DNA of 63,785 nt, counting the filler, from Chiloscyllium plagiosum (taxonomy: Eukaryota): NCBI RefSeq assembly GCF_004010195.1. It is 5 parts of one record of this genome, joined end to end, with 100 filler letters (N's around TTAATTAATTAA, not from the genome) between each part and the next. Parts side by side here need not be neighbours in the genome. Positions count along the whole stretch, not along the records: positions 6,211 to 22,413 come from NC_057711.1; 4 more parts are not named here. One strand, written 5' to 3'. This document shows positions 10,033-22,045 of this stretch, one piece after another; within the stretch, counting starts at the first letter, position 1; each line of letters starts with the position of its first letter. A program made the translations under genes and the position numbers. Under the pieces are notes generated by a model. It worked only from the letters and a program-made list of their open reading frames with translations, was not told the DNA's origin and did no database searches.

Positions 10033-11283
10033 GAGGGAGAGTCAGGCAGGGCTGCCCTCTCTCTCTCCTGCCTTGTTTGTGTGCTGCATTGAGCCATTTG
10101 CCGAGTCCATCAGGAAGGATGCGAGCCTGAGAGGGATGACTATTCCTGGCAGCAGGGGCCTGCAGGTCAAGACCACCCTGTACATGGATGACGTTGCTGT
10201 TTTCTGCTCGGATCCGCTGTCCGTGCGCAGACTCATGTGCATATGTGACCAGTTCGAACGGGCCTTGGGGGCCAAGGTAAACCGAGGCAAGAGCGAGGCC
10301 ATGCTCTTCGGGAACTGGGCCGACCAATCCTCGATCCCCTTCACCGTCAGGACGGACCATCTGAAGGTGCTGGGTATTTGGTTCGTGGGGACTGGGGCGT
10401 GCGCCAAATCTTGGGAGGAGCGTATCAGCAAAGTGAGGCAGAAACTGGGCAGATGAAAGCTACAGTCGCTTTCCATCGTGAGACAAAACCTGGTCATCAG
10501 AGGTGTGAGGCACTGTCATTGCTGTTATACGTGGCACAGATCTGGCATATTCCCAGAACCTGTGCCGCTGCAGTCACCCAGGCCATCTTCCACTTTATAT
10601 GGAGATCAAAGATGGACTGGGTCTGAAGGGACTCGCTGTACAAAGATCTGGGCAACAGGGGAAAAAATACACCCAATGCCACCCTCACCCTGATGGCCAC
10701 CTTTGTGTGTGGCTGCATCAAGCTGTGCGTGGATCCCCGGTACGCAAACACCAAGTGTCACTACGTACTGAGGTTCTACCTGTCCCCGGTGTTGCGAAGG
10801 ATGGGCCTGGCCTCGCTGCCGCGGAACGCTCTGAGTAGTTGGACCGTTCCGTATCACCTGTCCTTCGTGAAGAAGTTTATGAAGAAAAACACCTTTGACC
10901 ACAAGTCCATCAGGAAGTGGTCAGCACGTGGTGTCCCTGAGACCATTCGGGAAAAGGAGAGGGTGGATCCTATCGAGTGGTTCCCTGAGCAGACTGTGAA
11001 AGCCATTTGGCAGAATGCCTCATCGCCAGAACTTTCCAACAAGTACCAAGACATGACTTGGCTGGTGGTGATAGGGGCTCTGCCTGTGAGATCCTTTATG
11101 CAAGCCTGGACTCTCAGCCTCTGCTAAATATATAACATATGATTGATAAACGTACAGGCCTGTATATATGAATGATAAATTCTGATCTCTGTATGCAAAT
11201 GTTTACGTATGTATGGAATGACCAACTGTATGGACCATGAAATTATTTTATGAATAAAGTATATTCTTGAAATATAAAAAAAA
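10033..11283 (+). mobile_element. Tx1 ORF2 RT and C-terminal region with internally deleted 3' end and poly(A)
   Basis: VRQGCPLS, TLYMDDVAVF; 3' UTR ending ATGAATAAAGTATATTCTTGAAA and A-tract. Confidence 0.9.
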
Positions 11284-11300
11284 TGATGGATAGGTTGGGA

Positions 11301-11894
11301 GAAGGGCTCTGCCTGTGGGATCTTTTATGTACGCCAGGACTCTCTGCCGCACCGCACGCTGCCCTTGAAGTGGCTGCGGAGGGGACGAGACTGTCACACA
11401 CCTCCTTCTGGAATGTGCCTACGCAAAGGAAGTCTGGAGACGAATGCAGTGGTGTTTGTCGAGGCTTGTCCCGAGCAGCTCCGTGAAGTGGGACTCAATG
11501 CTCTGCGGTCTGTTCCGTGGGACACACACCGCGACAAACATCAACTGTGCCTGGAGGATCATCAACTCGGTGAAGGACGCTCTTTGGTCTGTCCGAAAAC
11601 TGTTGATCTTCCAGCTGAAGGAGTTGACCCCGACTGAATGTTGCGGACTGGCACGTTGGGCACACCGTGTAACGTCTGCCTGCCAAATAACAGGGGGGCC
11701 ATGCAGTAAGGGGGCTCCGCTGACGCCTCAGCTAAATATATGGATATATGGATGGTAAATGTACAGACCTGTATATACAAATGATTACTCAATCGGTGTA
11801 TGCAAAGGAATGGAATGTTTACGTATGTATGGCATGACCGATTGTACAGATCATCAAAATATTTTATGAATAAAGTATATTTTGAAATTAAGAA
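11301..11894 (+). mobile_element. 5'-truncated Tx1 copy with TSD
   Basis: zf-RVT region (ETVTHLLLEC) and 3' UTR; flanked by AAAATGATGGATAGGTTGGGA on both sides. Confidence 0.9.
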
Positions 11895-12304
11895 AATGAT
11901 GGATAGGTTGGGACTTTTTTCACTAGAGCGAAGGAAGTTGAGGGGTGACCTTATAGAGCTTAATAAAATCATGAAGAGCATAAATAACATGAGTAGCAAG
12001 GGTCTTTTCCCTCGCTTGGGGGAGTTTTAAAAACTGGCGAGCGGATATTTTTAAGGTGACAGGGGAAAGATCTAAAACGGACACGAGGGGCAACCTTTTT
12101 ACACAGAGAGTGGTTCGTGTGTGGAATGAACTTCCAGAGGAAGTGGTAGAGGCAGGTATGGTTACGACATTTGGATAAGTTCACGAATAGGAAAGGTTTG
12201 GAGGTATATGGGCCTAATGCAGGCAGGTGGGACTAGTTTAGTCTGGGAAAGTGATCAGTGTGGACTAAATGGACCGAAGGTCTGTTTCCATACTGTATGA
12301 CTAT
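11895..12304 (+). mobile_element. CR1 3' end, right half of host element
   Basis: DRLGLFSLERRKLRGDLIE...; 3' UTR ending CTGTATGACTAT. Confidence 0.85.
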
Positions 12305-12880
12305 TTAGGCAGCAGAAGCTTTGCTGGAGAAATTAAGATCTTTTAAGCAAAATCATCTGGAAGCTGCAAGTTTGAAATAAAAGCAGAAAATGCTGCAAAT
12401 ACTCAGCCCTCTTGGCAGCACCTGTAGAGAGAGAAAAACATAATAACTTTTGAGAACATTCTCCAGAATGAGAAACAAGTTTGAAATGTAATAGGTTTTG
12501 AGTAAGGCAAAGCAGGAGAGGAGGAAGGGCAAAAAGGGAAGGTTAATGATAAAGTGAATAAATGACAAAAGATTTAATGATGCAAGGTCAAGGAGTGTGG
12601 TAATGGAACAAGAGAAGAAGGGAAGGGATTGACTGCAGGAGGTTTGGGTGGCAGGATAGCTGCTATCTAAATGCAAAGTAAATAAAATAAAATTTCAAAA
12701 AGGCAAATGACAAAATGAGGACAGGGTTATGAATTATATTTTCATGTGATCATGGGAAGATGTGGACCGGTTGGACCGAAGTGTCTGTTTCTATGTTGTA
12801 TGACTCTATGTGGCCAATGTTAGTGAGGCCAACACTGTGTGCTCATCCAAAACTGCCTTTGAGAAGTTTGTAGTGAGCTA

Positions 12881-13195
12881 CAGCACGGTGGCACAGTGGT
12901 TAGCACTGCTGCCTCACAGCACCAGAGACCTGGATTCAATTCCCGCCTCAGGCGACTCTCTGTGTGGAGTTTGCACATTCTCCCCATGTCTGCGTGGGTT
13001 TCCTCCGGGTGCTCCGGTTTCCTCCCACAATCCAAAAATGTGCAGGTTAGGAGGATTGGCCATGCTAAATTGCCCATAGTGTTAGGTGAAGGGGTAAATA
13101 TAGGGGAATGGGTCTTGGTTGGTTGCGCTTCGGCGGGTCGGTGTGGACTTGTTGGGCTGAAGGGCCTGTTTCCACACTATAAGTAATCTAATCTA
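12881..13195 (+). mobile_element. HE1-like V-SINE (full length)
   Basis: CAGCACGGTGGCACAGTGG head, B-box, V-domain, (AATCT)n tail. Confidence 0.9.
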
Positions 13196-13285
13196 CTACA
13201 ATCCTTAGATTGTAGATACATCCACAATGAAAGGACTTCCAGGATTTTGTATATGTCAGTTTGGAAGCTGTACTGGAACAACTTG

Positions 13286-13489
13286 ATTTGGAGGTGCTGG
13301 TGTTGGACTGGGGTGTACAAAGTTAAAAATCACACACCAGGTGAAAGTCCAACAGGTTTAATTGGAAGCTCTAGCTTTCGGAGCGCCGCTCCTTCCTGAC
13401 AACCACCTGATGAAGGAGCGGCACTCCAAAAGTTAGTGCTTCCAATTGAACCTGTTGGACTATAACCTGGTGTTGTGTGATTTTTAACT
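13286..13489. mobile_element. Second-family palindromic Penelope-like mini-element with hammerhead motif
   Basis: Inverted arms 13320-13395 / 13412-13490; TSD TGGAACAACTTG / TGGAACAGCTTG; CAC-CTGATGA-AGGAGC..CTCC-aAAAG-TTA-GTG. Confidence 0.7.
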
Positions 13490-14056
13490 TGGAACAGCTT
13501 GGATAGGGTGCTGTCAATTTTAGAGGTTCCAGTACCATTGCCTTTGTAGCATCCAGTGTCTCCAGATATTTCCTGATATTTCTTGGAGCGAATCCATTTG
13601 GTTGCATCTCTGATGATAGGGACCTGTGGAGGAGGTCAAGATGAATCCCTATTCAGACATGTATGCAAATACTTCAGGCTTGTCTTTGCAGTGATAAGCT
13701 GGGCTCTCAAGCATTATTGAGGAGATGAATATTGATGGAGCCTCCACCACCAGTGAGTTGTCCACCACCACTCATGACTGGATGGGCAGGACTGCAGAGC
13801 TTAGTTCTGATCTGTTAGTTATTGTATTACTTAAACCTGCCCATCGCTTAACGCTTCTGCCATTTGCACTGCAAATAATCCTGTATTGTAGCTTCACCAG
13901 GTTGCCCCCTCATTTTTAGATATGCCCGGTGCAGCTCCTGATATGCCCTCCTGAACTTTCTATTGAACCAGGGTTTCATTTCCTGGTTTGATGGCATTGG
14001 TAGAGTGGGGATATACCCAGCCATGAGGTTACACATTGTGTTTCTGCTGATGCTGA

Positions 14057-17017
14057 GGACCGCCGTTGAGAGTGTGGTGCTGGAAAAGCACAGCAGGTCA
14101 GGCAGCATCCGAGGAGCAGGAGAGTTCGACGTTTCGGGCATGAGCCCTTCATCAGGAATGGGGGGTTGTGGGTCGGGGCTGACAGATAAATGGGAGGGGG
14201 TGAGGTTTGCGGGAAGGTAGCTGAGAAAGCGATAAGTGTATGAAGGTGAGGGAAAAGGTGATAGGTCAGAGGGGGCAGTGATGGACAGGTCTGGAGGGCG
14301 GTGCCGAGCTGGAGGCTTGGGACTGGGATAATGTGTGGGGAGGGGAAATGAGGAAGCTGTTGAACCTCATACTCCGTCTTGGGACCCTGCAACCACACGG
14401 AATAAATGTGGATTTCAACAGCTTCCTCATTTTCCCTCCCCACATATTATCCCAGTCCCAAGCCTCCAACTCGGCACCGCCTTCCAGACCTGTCCATCAC
14501 TGCCCCCTCTGACCTATCACCTTTTCCCTCACCTTCATCCACCTATCGCTTTCTGAGCCACCTTCCCCCAAACCTCACCCACTCCCATTTATCTGTCAGA
14601 CCCGACCCACATCTATCCCATGTGGTTGCAGGATCCCAAGACAGAGTATGAGATGTTCCTCCTCCTCCAGGAGTTGGGTGGTAACGGTTTGGCAGTGGAG
14701 GAGGCCCAGGACCTGCATGTCCTTGACAGAGTGGGAGGGGGAGTTGAAGTGTTCAGGCCCAGGGCGGTGGGTTTGGTGAGTAAGGGTGTCCCAGAGATGT
14801 TCTCTGAAACAATCCACAAGAAGGCGTCCTGTCTCCCCAATGTAGAGGAGACCACACCGGGTGCAACAGATGACATTGGTAGAGGTGCAGGTACATTTCT
14901 GATGGATGTGGAGGGATCCCTTGGGTTCTTGGACGGAGGTGAGGGGAGTGGTGGGAGCGCAGATTTTGCACTTCCTGTGGTGGCAGGGAAGGGTGCCAGG
15001 AATGGGCTGTGGGCTGGTTGGGGGGGTGTGGACCTGATGAGGGAGTTGTGGAAGGAAAGGTCTTTTCAGAACGCTGATAGGAGTGGGGAGGGAAGTATAT
15101 CTCTGGTGGTGGGGTCTGTTTGGAAGTGGCAGAGGATGATGCGTTGTGTGCGGAGATCTGTGGAGTGGCAGGTGATGACTGGGGGCATTCTGTTCTTGTT
15201 GCTTTAGGAGGACTGGGGTTCAAGAGCAGTGGGGCATGAAGTGGAGGAAATGCGCCGGAAGGCATCGTCAACCATGTGGGAAGAGAATTTGCGACTGTGG
15301 AAGAAGGAGGCCGTCTGGTACTTTCTAAGGTGGAATTGATCATCCTGGGAACAGATGTGACGGAGGCAGAGGAATTGGGAATAAGGGATGGCATTTTTAC
15401 AGGAGATAGGGTGGGAGGAGGTGTAGTCTAGGTAGCTGTGGGAGTCGGTGGGCTTGTAGTATATGTCTGTGGTTAGTCAGTCGCCAGAGACAGTGATGGA
15501 GAGGTCCAGAAAGAGGAGGGAGGTGTCTCCGAGATAGTCCAGGTGAATTTGAGGTCAGGGTAGAAGATGTTAGTAAAGTTGATGAACTGTTCGACCTCCT
15601 TGTGGGAGCATGAGGCAGCACCAATACAGTCATCGATGTAGCGGAGGCACAGGTAGGGGGGGGTGGTGCTGGCGTAACTGCAGAAGATGGACTGTTCCAC
15701 ATATCCAACAAACAGGCAGGCATAGCTGGGTCCTATGCGGTTGCCCATGGCTATTCCTTTGGTTTGGAGGAAGTGGGAGTATTGGAAGAAGTTGTTGAGG
15801 GTGAGGACCAGTTCAGGCAGGAGGGTGAGGGTGTCGGTGCAAGGGTACTGGTTGGGACGGCATGAGAGGAAGAAATGGAGAGCTTGGAGACTTTCATCGC
15901 GGCTGATCGATGTGTATAGGGACTGGATGTCCACGGTGAAGATGAGGTGTTGGGGGCCGGGGAAATGAAAATCTTGGAGGAGATGAAGGGCATGGGTTTT
16001 GTCACAAACATAGGTGGGGAGTTCCTGGGGTCTGTTTGGAAGACAGGACGGTGTCGAGGTAGGATGAGATGAGTTCAGTGGGACAGGAGCAGGCTGTGAC
16101 AATGGGTCGACCGGGGCAGTCAGGTTTGTGATTCTTCAGAAGGAGGTAAAATCGGGCAGTGAGGGATTCACAGACAATGAGGTTGAAGGCTGTGGCTGGG
16201 AGATTCTCAGAGTTAGTGAGGCTGTGGATGGTCTGGGAGATGATGATTTGGTGATGGGAGGTGTAGTCTTGATTGAGGGGACAGTAGGAGGAGGAGGAGG
16301 TGTCTGCAAGTTGGCACCTGGCTTCAGCAATGTAGAGGTCAGTGCACCACACTACTACTGCACCCCTGTTGTCTGCGGGTTTGATGGTCAGGTTGGGGTT
16401 GGATCTGAAGGTGTGGAGGGCTGCATATTGTGTGGGTGGGAGGTTGGAGTGGGTGAGGGGGGTGGACAGGTTGAGGCGGTCCATGTCACAGCGGCAATTT
16501 GAAATGAAGAGGTCTAGGGCGGATAACAGGCCAGCACAGGGTGTGCAGGTGGATGCGGGAGAAAGGGTTGGAGGCCGGAAAAGGGGTCCTCAGTGGGTGG
16601 GCGGGTGTTCTGGTTGAAAACATGGGCCCGGAGGTGACGGAAGAAACGTTCAAGGTCACACTCATCAATCTGGGACCATAGAGGGATAAAGGTGAGGCCT
16701 TTACTGAGGACTAAACATTCGTCCTCAGTGAGGGGGAGGTCTGAGGGAATGGTGAAGACATGACAGAGGTGGGAGCTAGGACCTGGAATGGAGCTGGAGC
16801 TTCAGGTGGGGCCGGAGACTCTAGCTTGAGTGGGTGTGGGTATGGGGTCAATCATGACGTCACCAACGGAAGTGACACTCACAAAGGGGGTGCTTATGGC
16901 TATGTAAATGGGTGGAGGGAGGTGGTGTCATGAGCGGACGCCGCCTGACCTGCTGTGCTTTTCTAGCACTACACTCTCGACTCTGATCTCCAGCATCTGC
17001 AGCCCTCACTTTCTCCC
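14057..17017 (-). mobile_element. Penelope-like element (RT and GIY-YIG remnants) with inverted termini
   Basis: IKPADNRGAVVV, DIQSLYTSI, QTKGIAMG, LRYIDDCIG; terminal sequences at 14066-14160 and 16943-17016 are in opposite orientation; TSD-like CTGATGCTGA / CTGATACTGA. Confidence 0.9.
14124..14159 (-). ncRNA. Minimal type-I hammerhead ribozyme motif in Penelope terminus
   Basis: Minus strand: ATTC-CTGATGA-AGGGC TCAT GCCC-GAAAC-GTC-GAAC; full core, stem II, palindromic ACGT stem III, TTC/GAA stem I. Confidence 0.75.
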
Positions 17018-17075
17018 CTGATACTGATGGTTCACATGAATGCCCACTCTTGGGTTAGTGGATCTGTTTGGAGTA

Positions 17076-17297
17076 CAGTGGTCCCCTCGTACCCGCGGGG
17101 GATACGTTCCAAGACCTACCATGGAAGCCCAAAACCGCGGATAGGAACGAACCCATTCATTCAAATGGGAAATTTACTTTGCCAGCCGCCCCCTGGTGCC
17201 TGGTTCCAGAAGGTTCCCTGCCAAATGTTTGGGCCGCATTAAATCATAGGTAACTAAAACCAAAGAAAAGAATTCCCCGGATAGGGGGGTCATTCTG
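17076..17297. mobile_element. Tigger/pogo-like (MER2-type) non-autonomous DNA transposon
   Basis: TA on both sides (17074-75, 17298-99); imperfect TIRs CAGTGGTCCCCTCGTACCCGCGGG / CCCCGGATAGGGGGGTCATTCTG. Confidence 0.75.
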
Positions 17298-17979
17298 TAT
17301 CTCATTTAGCATGGTAATAGTGTTGACAGAGAACATCCTTAATTTGAACGCAGGATTTCTTTTTGATAAAGACTGTGTGGTGCTCTCTCTCACTGATACT
17401 ATTGTGGACAAGCACAACTGTGGCAGGTGGGTTGGTGAAGACAAGGTCAAATATAGTTTTTCTCTTGTTGGTTCCCTCACCAACTGCCAACAGTTGAGCA
17501 GCGATGTCATTTTGGAATTGAAAATCTCGTCAGTAGTGCTACTATTGAGCCACTGTTGATATTGGACACCGAAGCTACCCACCGGAGTACATTCTCTGCC
17601 TTTGTCACCTTCAGTACCTCCTATAGATGCTCAACACGGAAAAGACCTGATTTCTCAGTTGATGGGGGGCAGAGGATGGTAAGCACTTGGCCTACGTTTG
17701 CCCTGAGGCTGAGAGACTTCATGGAGTCTAGAACAAGCTCCATTTGCAAAAACTCCAGATTCAACTATCCATAAATGGTCATACATGCCAGACTATCAGA
17801 GTGACAGATTTTTTGCAGGAAGCTAATCTCTATGGAGAAATGCATTTTTTCTCTTTTCCTGAAATCTGTTCATGATTGAGCGTGTTTTTTTCAGATATTT
17901 AGAGGGATAAGCATTTTAACCAATGATTACATCTTCATTAAGTTTTGCTTTGATAATAAAACAATAATTGTGTTTATTA

Positions 17980-18180
17980 CAGTCATAGCGTCATACAGCA
18001 CGGAAGCAGACCTTTCAGTCCAACTTATCCATATTGACCAGGGTTTCCGAAAATGAACTAATCCCATTTGCCTGCATTGGGCCCATATCCACTTCCTTGG
18101 GTAGGTCATTCAAGGTAGGCACCTCTTTCTGTGAAAAAGTTGCCCCTTAGGTCCCTTTTAAATCTTTCCTCTTTGACCTT
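17980..18180 (-). mobile_element. CR1 3' end fragment
   Basis: Reverse complement of the CR1 3' UTR. Confidence 0.7.
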
Positions 18181-18525
18181 TGAGAGTTTGCTGGAACTAC
18201 TATAAGACATTCTTGACCTGGCACCAGAGAGTCAACACATTATCCTAGAATCTCTCCCACAACCACAGAAAAGCCTGTCTGTACCCCTGACTAGAGAGTC
18301 CCCTATCACAATTGCTCACTTGGACATTGTGAAACAGCAGAGCTAGTCATGTGCCACAGACCAGGCGGCTGCTTTTTTCTCCTGAGAGGCTATCCCCTCA
18401 ACAGTGTACAATATGGTATATTTATTTGGGAGGAGGTTAGCCACAGGAGATTCCTGCAATACCTAGGTGAATGTAGGTACTGCAGATGCTGGAGATTAGA
18501 GTCAGGTCCAGGAACTCCCCACACA

Positions 18526-19249
18526 TGTGTTGCTGAACAAAGAGACCTTGGAGTGCAGGATCATAGCTCCTTGAAAGTGGAGTCACAGGTAGTTAGGATA
18601 GTGAAGAAGGCGTTTGGTATGCTTTCCTTTATTGGTCACAATATTGAGTACAGGAGTTGGGAGGTCATGTTGTGGCTGTACAGGACATTGGTTAGGCCAC
18701 TGTTGGAATATTGCATGCAATTCTGGTCTCCTTCCTACCGGAAAGATGTTGTGAAACTTGAAAGGGTTCAGAAAAGATTTACAAAGGATGTTGTCAGGGT
18801 TGGGAGATTTAAGCTATAGAGAGAGGCTGAACAGGCTGGGGCTGTTTTCCCTGGAGGGTCGGAGGTTGAGGGGTGGCCTTATAGAGGTTTACAAAATCAT
18901 GAGGGGCATGGATAGGATAAATAGATACATTCTTTTCCCTGGGGTCAGGGAGTCCAGAACTAAAGGGCATAGGTTTAGGGTGATATAAAAGATATAAAAG
19001 AGACCTAAGGGGCAACTTTTTCACACAGAGGGTGGTACGGGTATGGAATAAGCTGTCAGAGGAAGTAGTGGAGGTTGGTACAATTGCAACATTTAAGAGG
19101 CATTTGGATGGGTATATGAATAGGAAGGGTTTGGAGGGATATGGGCCGGGTGCTGGTAAGTGGGACTAGATTGGGTTGGGATATCTGGTTGGCATGGATG
19201 GGTTGGACCGAAGAGTCTGTTTCTGAGCTGTACATCTCTATGAATCTAT
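18526..19249 (+). mobile_element. 5'-truncated CR1 LINE
   Basis: EQRDLGVQ..LVRPLLEYCMQFWSP..LERVQKRF..; 3' UTR and CTCTATGAATCTAT tail. Confidence 0.9.
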
Positions 19250-20977
19250 ATGTTCGGGACACCACCCACGCCATCCACCTCCTCCAAGACGTCCATTTTC
19301 CTGGTCACCAGTGCCTCATCTTCACCATGGGCATCCAGTCCCTCTACACCCCCATCCGCCATGACCAGGGCCTCCAAGCCCTTTGTTTCTTCCTCTCCCG
19401 ACGTCCCCACCAATACCCTTCCAATGACACTCTTATTTGTTTGGCTGAACTGGTCCTCACCGTCAACAATTTCTCTTTCGAATCCTCCCACTTCCTCCAG
19501 ACCAAAGGGGTAGCCATGGGCACCTGCATGGGCTCCAGCTATGACTGTCTCTTTGTCAGTTATGTGGAACATTCTATCTTCTAGAGTTACACCGACACCA
19601 TTCCCCACCTTTTCCTCTGCTACATTGATGACTGTATCGGTGCCACCTCATGTTCCCACGAGGAGCTTGAACAGTTCATCAACTTCACCAATACATTCCA
19701 CCCCGACCTTAAATTCACCTGGACCATCTTTGACACCTCTCTCCCCTTCCTGGACCTCTCCATCTCCATCGATGGTGACCGACTCAACACTGACATATTC
19801 AACAAACCCACCCATTTCCTCGGTTACCTGGACTACACCTCCTCCCACCCTGCCTCCTGCAAAAATGCTATCCCCACTCAAAATTCCTCAGCCTCTGCCG
19901 TATCTGCTTCCAGAAGGACTAGTTCCACCACAGAACACACCAGATGTCCTACTTCTATAAAGACCGCACTTTCCCCTCCCACGTGGTTGAAGATGCCCTC
20001 CAACGCATCTCATCCACACCCTGCACCTCTGCCCTCAAACTCCACCCCTCCAAACTCAACAAGGACAGAACCTCCCTGGTCCTCACCTTCCACCCCACCA
20101 ACCTCCGTATACATCACATCGTCCACCGACATTTCCGCCACCTACAAAGGGACCCCACCACCAGAGATATCATTCTCTCCCCACCCTTATCTGCTTTCCG
20201 TAAAGACAGTACCCTCCGTGACTACTTGGTCAGGTCTACACCCCCTAACAACACACCCTCCCGTCCTGGCACCTTCCCCTGCCACCGCAGGAATTGCAAA
20301 ACCTGCGCCCACACCTCCTCCCTCACCTCCGTCCAAGGCCCCCAAGGAGCCTTCCACATCCATCAAAGCTTCACCTGCACATCCACTCATGTCATTTACT
20401 GTATCCATTGCTCCCGATGCAGTGTCCTCTACATTGGGGAGACTGGACGCCTACTCGCAGAGTGCTTCAGAGAACATCTCCAGGACATCTGCACCAATCA
20501 ATCCAGCTGCCCGATGGCCTAACATTTCAACTCCCCCTCCCACTCTGCTGAGGACATGCAGGTCCTGGGCCTCGTCCACGCCACTCCCTCACCACCCGAC
20601 ACCTGGAGGAAGAACACCTCAGCTTCCACCTTGGAACCCCTCAACCCCACGGCATCAATATGGACTACACCCATTTCCTCATTTCCTCTCCCCCCCACCT
20701 TAACCCAGTTCCAACCTTCCAGCTCAGCACCATTGTCATGACCTGATCCATGTATCCATCTTCCATCCCACCCATCCGCTCCACCCTCCTCTCTGACCTA
20801 TCACCTTTACCCCCACCTCCATCTACTTTTTGCACACTCAGCTACCTTCCCCCAGCCCCGCACCCCTCCCATTTATCTCTCTACCCATGAATGTCCCAGC
20901 CTCATTCCTGATGAAGGGCTTTTGCCTAAAACGTTGATTTTCCTGCTTCTCGGATGCTGCCTGGCCTGCTGTGCTTC
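19250..20977 (+). mobile_element. Penelope-like element: RT, GIY-YIG endonuclease and terminal repeat (decayed)
   Basis: QTKGVAMGT, YIDD, CHRRNCKTC, VIYCIHCSRCSVLYIGETGR; terminal CTGATGAAGGGCTTTTGCCTAAAACG at 20908. Confidence 0.92.
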
Positions 20978-20979
20978 AC

Positions 20980-21460
20980 TACCTGGCTACCTCTCCTGGT
21001 GGTCCCCATTTACTTGACTGTACCTATGGTGTGACCACTTCTTGCTAAAGTTACTATCCATCACATTCTGTGCCTCCTGCATGCTCCTCAGTGCTTCCAG
21101 CTGCTACTCCAATTGATCGTGAGGTCTGAGAGGAGCTGCAGCTGGACACACTTCCCGCAGACATAGTCACCAGGGACTGCTCCCTGATCTCCCACATCTG
21201 ACAAGAAGAGCATACCACTCCATTGACTGCCATCTCTGTGTTTTAACACCTAGCGGACTCAGGGAAAAGGGGAAGGTCTTACCCTTACTTTGTTGCTGCT
21301 TGCCCTACTTAGCAAAGCCCGGTGTTGACCTAGGCCCGCTCTCAGATCTAACCAACAGCACCTCGACCACAAAGAACGGCTAGAGTGAGACACTGCAATT
21401 ACTCCCTCCTTCTCTTGCCTAAGCTCCCACACTTAACTCAACTCTTAGTGTTTGCACACT
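20980..21460 (-). mobile_element. CR1 5' UTR / ORF1 zinc-finger fragment (decayed)
   Basis: CSSCQMWE...YVCGKCVQLQLL on the minus strand. Confidence 0.6.
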
Positions 21461-22045
21461 CTTGTTAGTCGCACTCTGACATTAAGAGATGTAGTTGACC
21501 ATTTTTTAAACTGGCAAAATTAATCGTATTCAACAAATATATTTGGCAAAGAAAAATATAGGATTCATAATTCAATAAGTGCTGGCTGTGCCAGTGACAC
21601 CCATATTGCATCGACAAGTTAAAGAAATGAAAAGTGTTGTAATGCTGGATTGTCACAAAATCACACCTGATTTTAATGTCTTTTTGGAAGGGAATCTGTC
21701 ATCCCTATCTGCTAAAGGGCACTATTTGTGATTCTTAAATCCACAGCTAGTCTGAAGATTTTTAAATGCCCTCTGTAAAGGCTTATCAAGCCACTCAGTT
21801 ACATTCAAGAAGGCAGCTCACAGCCATTTTCAGAGGCGATAAATATTAGTACTGCTGTGATGCCTGCATCTGACAAAGGAATTAAGAAATGCATTGACAA
21901 AGAGGTGAACATGAAGAAACCTATTAACTTATATTTCCATTTTGTCATTAAGACTGCTTTCTACTGCCATCTGGTGCTTAAAGCCAGATCTTCATGTAAA
22001 CTAAATTTATTTGCCCAAATGTTTTCTTGAAGGACGCAACAGATT

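Larger units (their letters stand above)
13500..17770 (-). mobile_element. Old CR1/L2-group LINE remnant (pieces ~13200-14056 and ~17018-17770) hosting Penelope and MITE insertions
   Basis: Degenerate EN/linker translations (LVREPTRE, KPWFNRKFRRAYQE, LETLDATKAM). Confidence 0.55.

Noticed and set aside
12881..12950. tRNA genes at SINE heads
   Set aside because: Continue into V-domain and SINE tail; no complete cloverleaf
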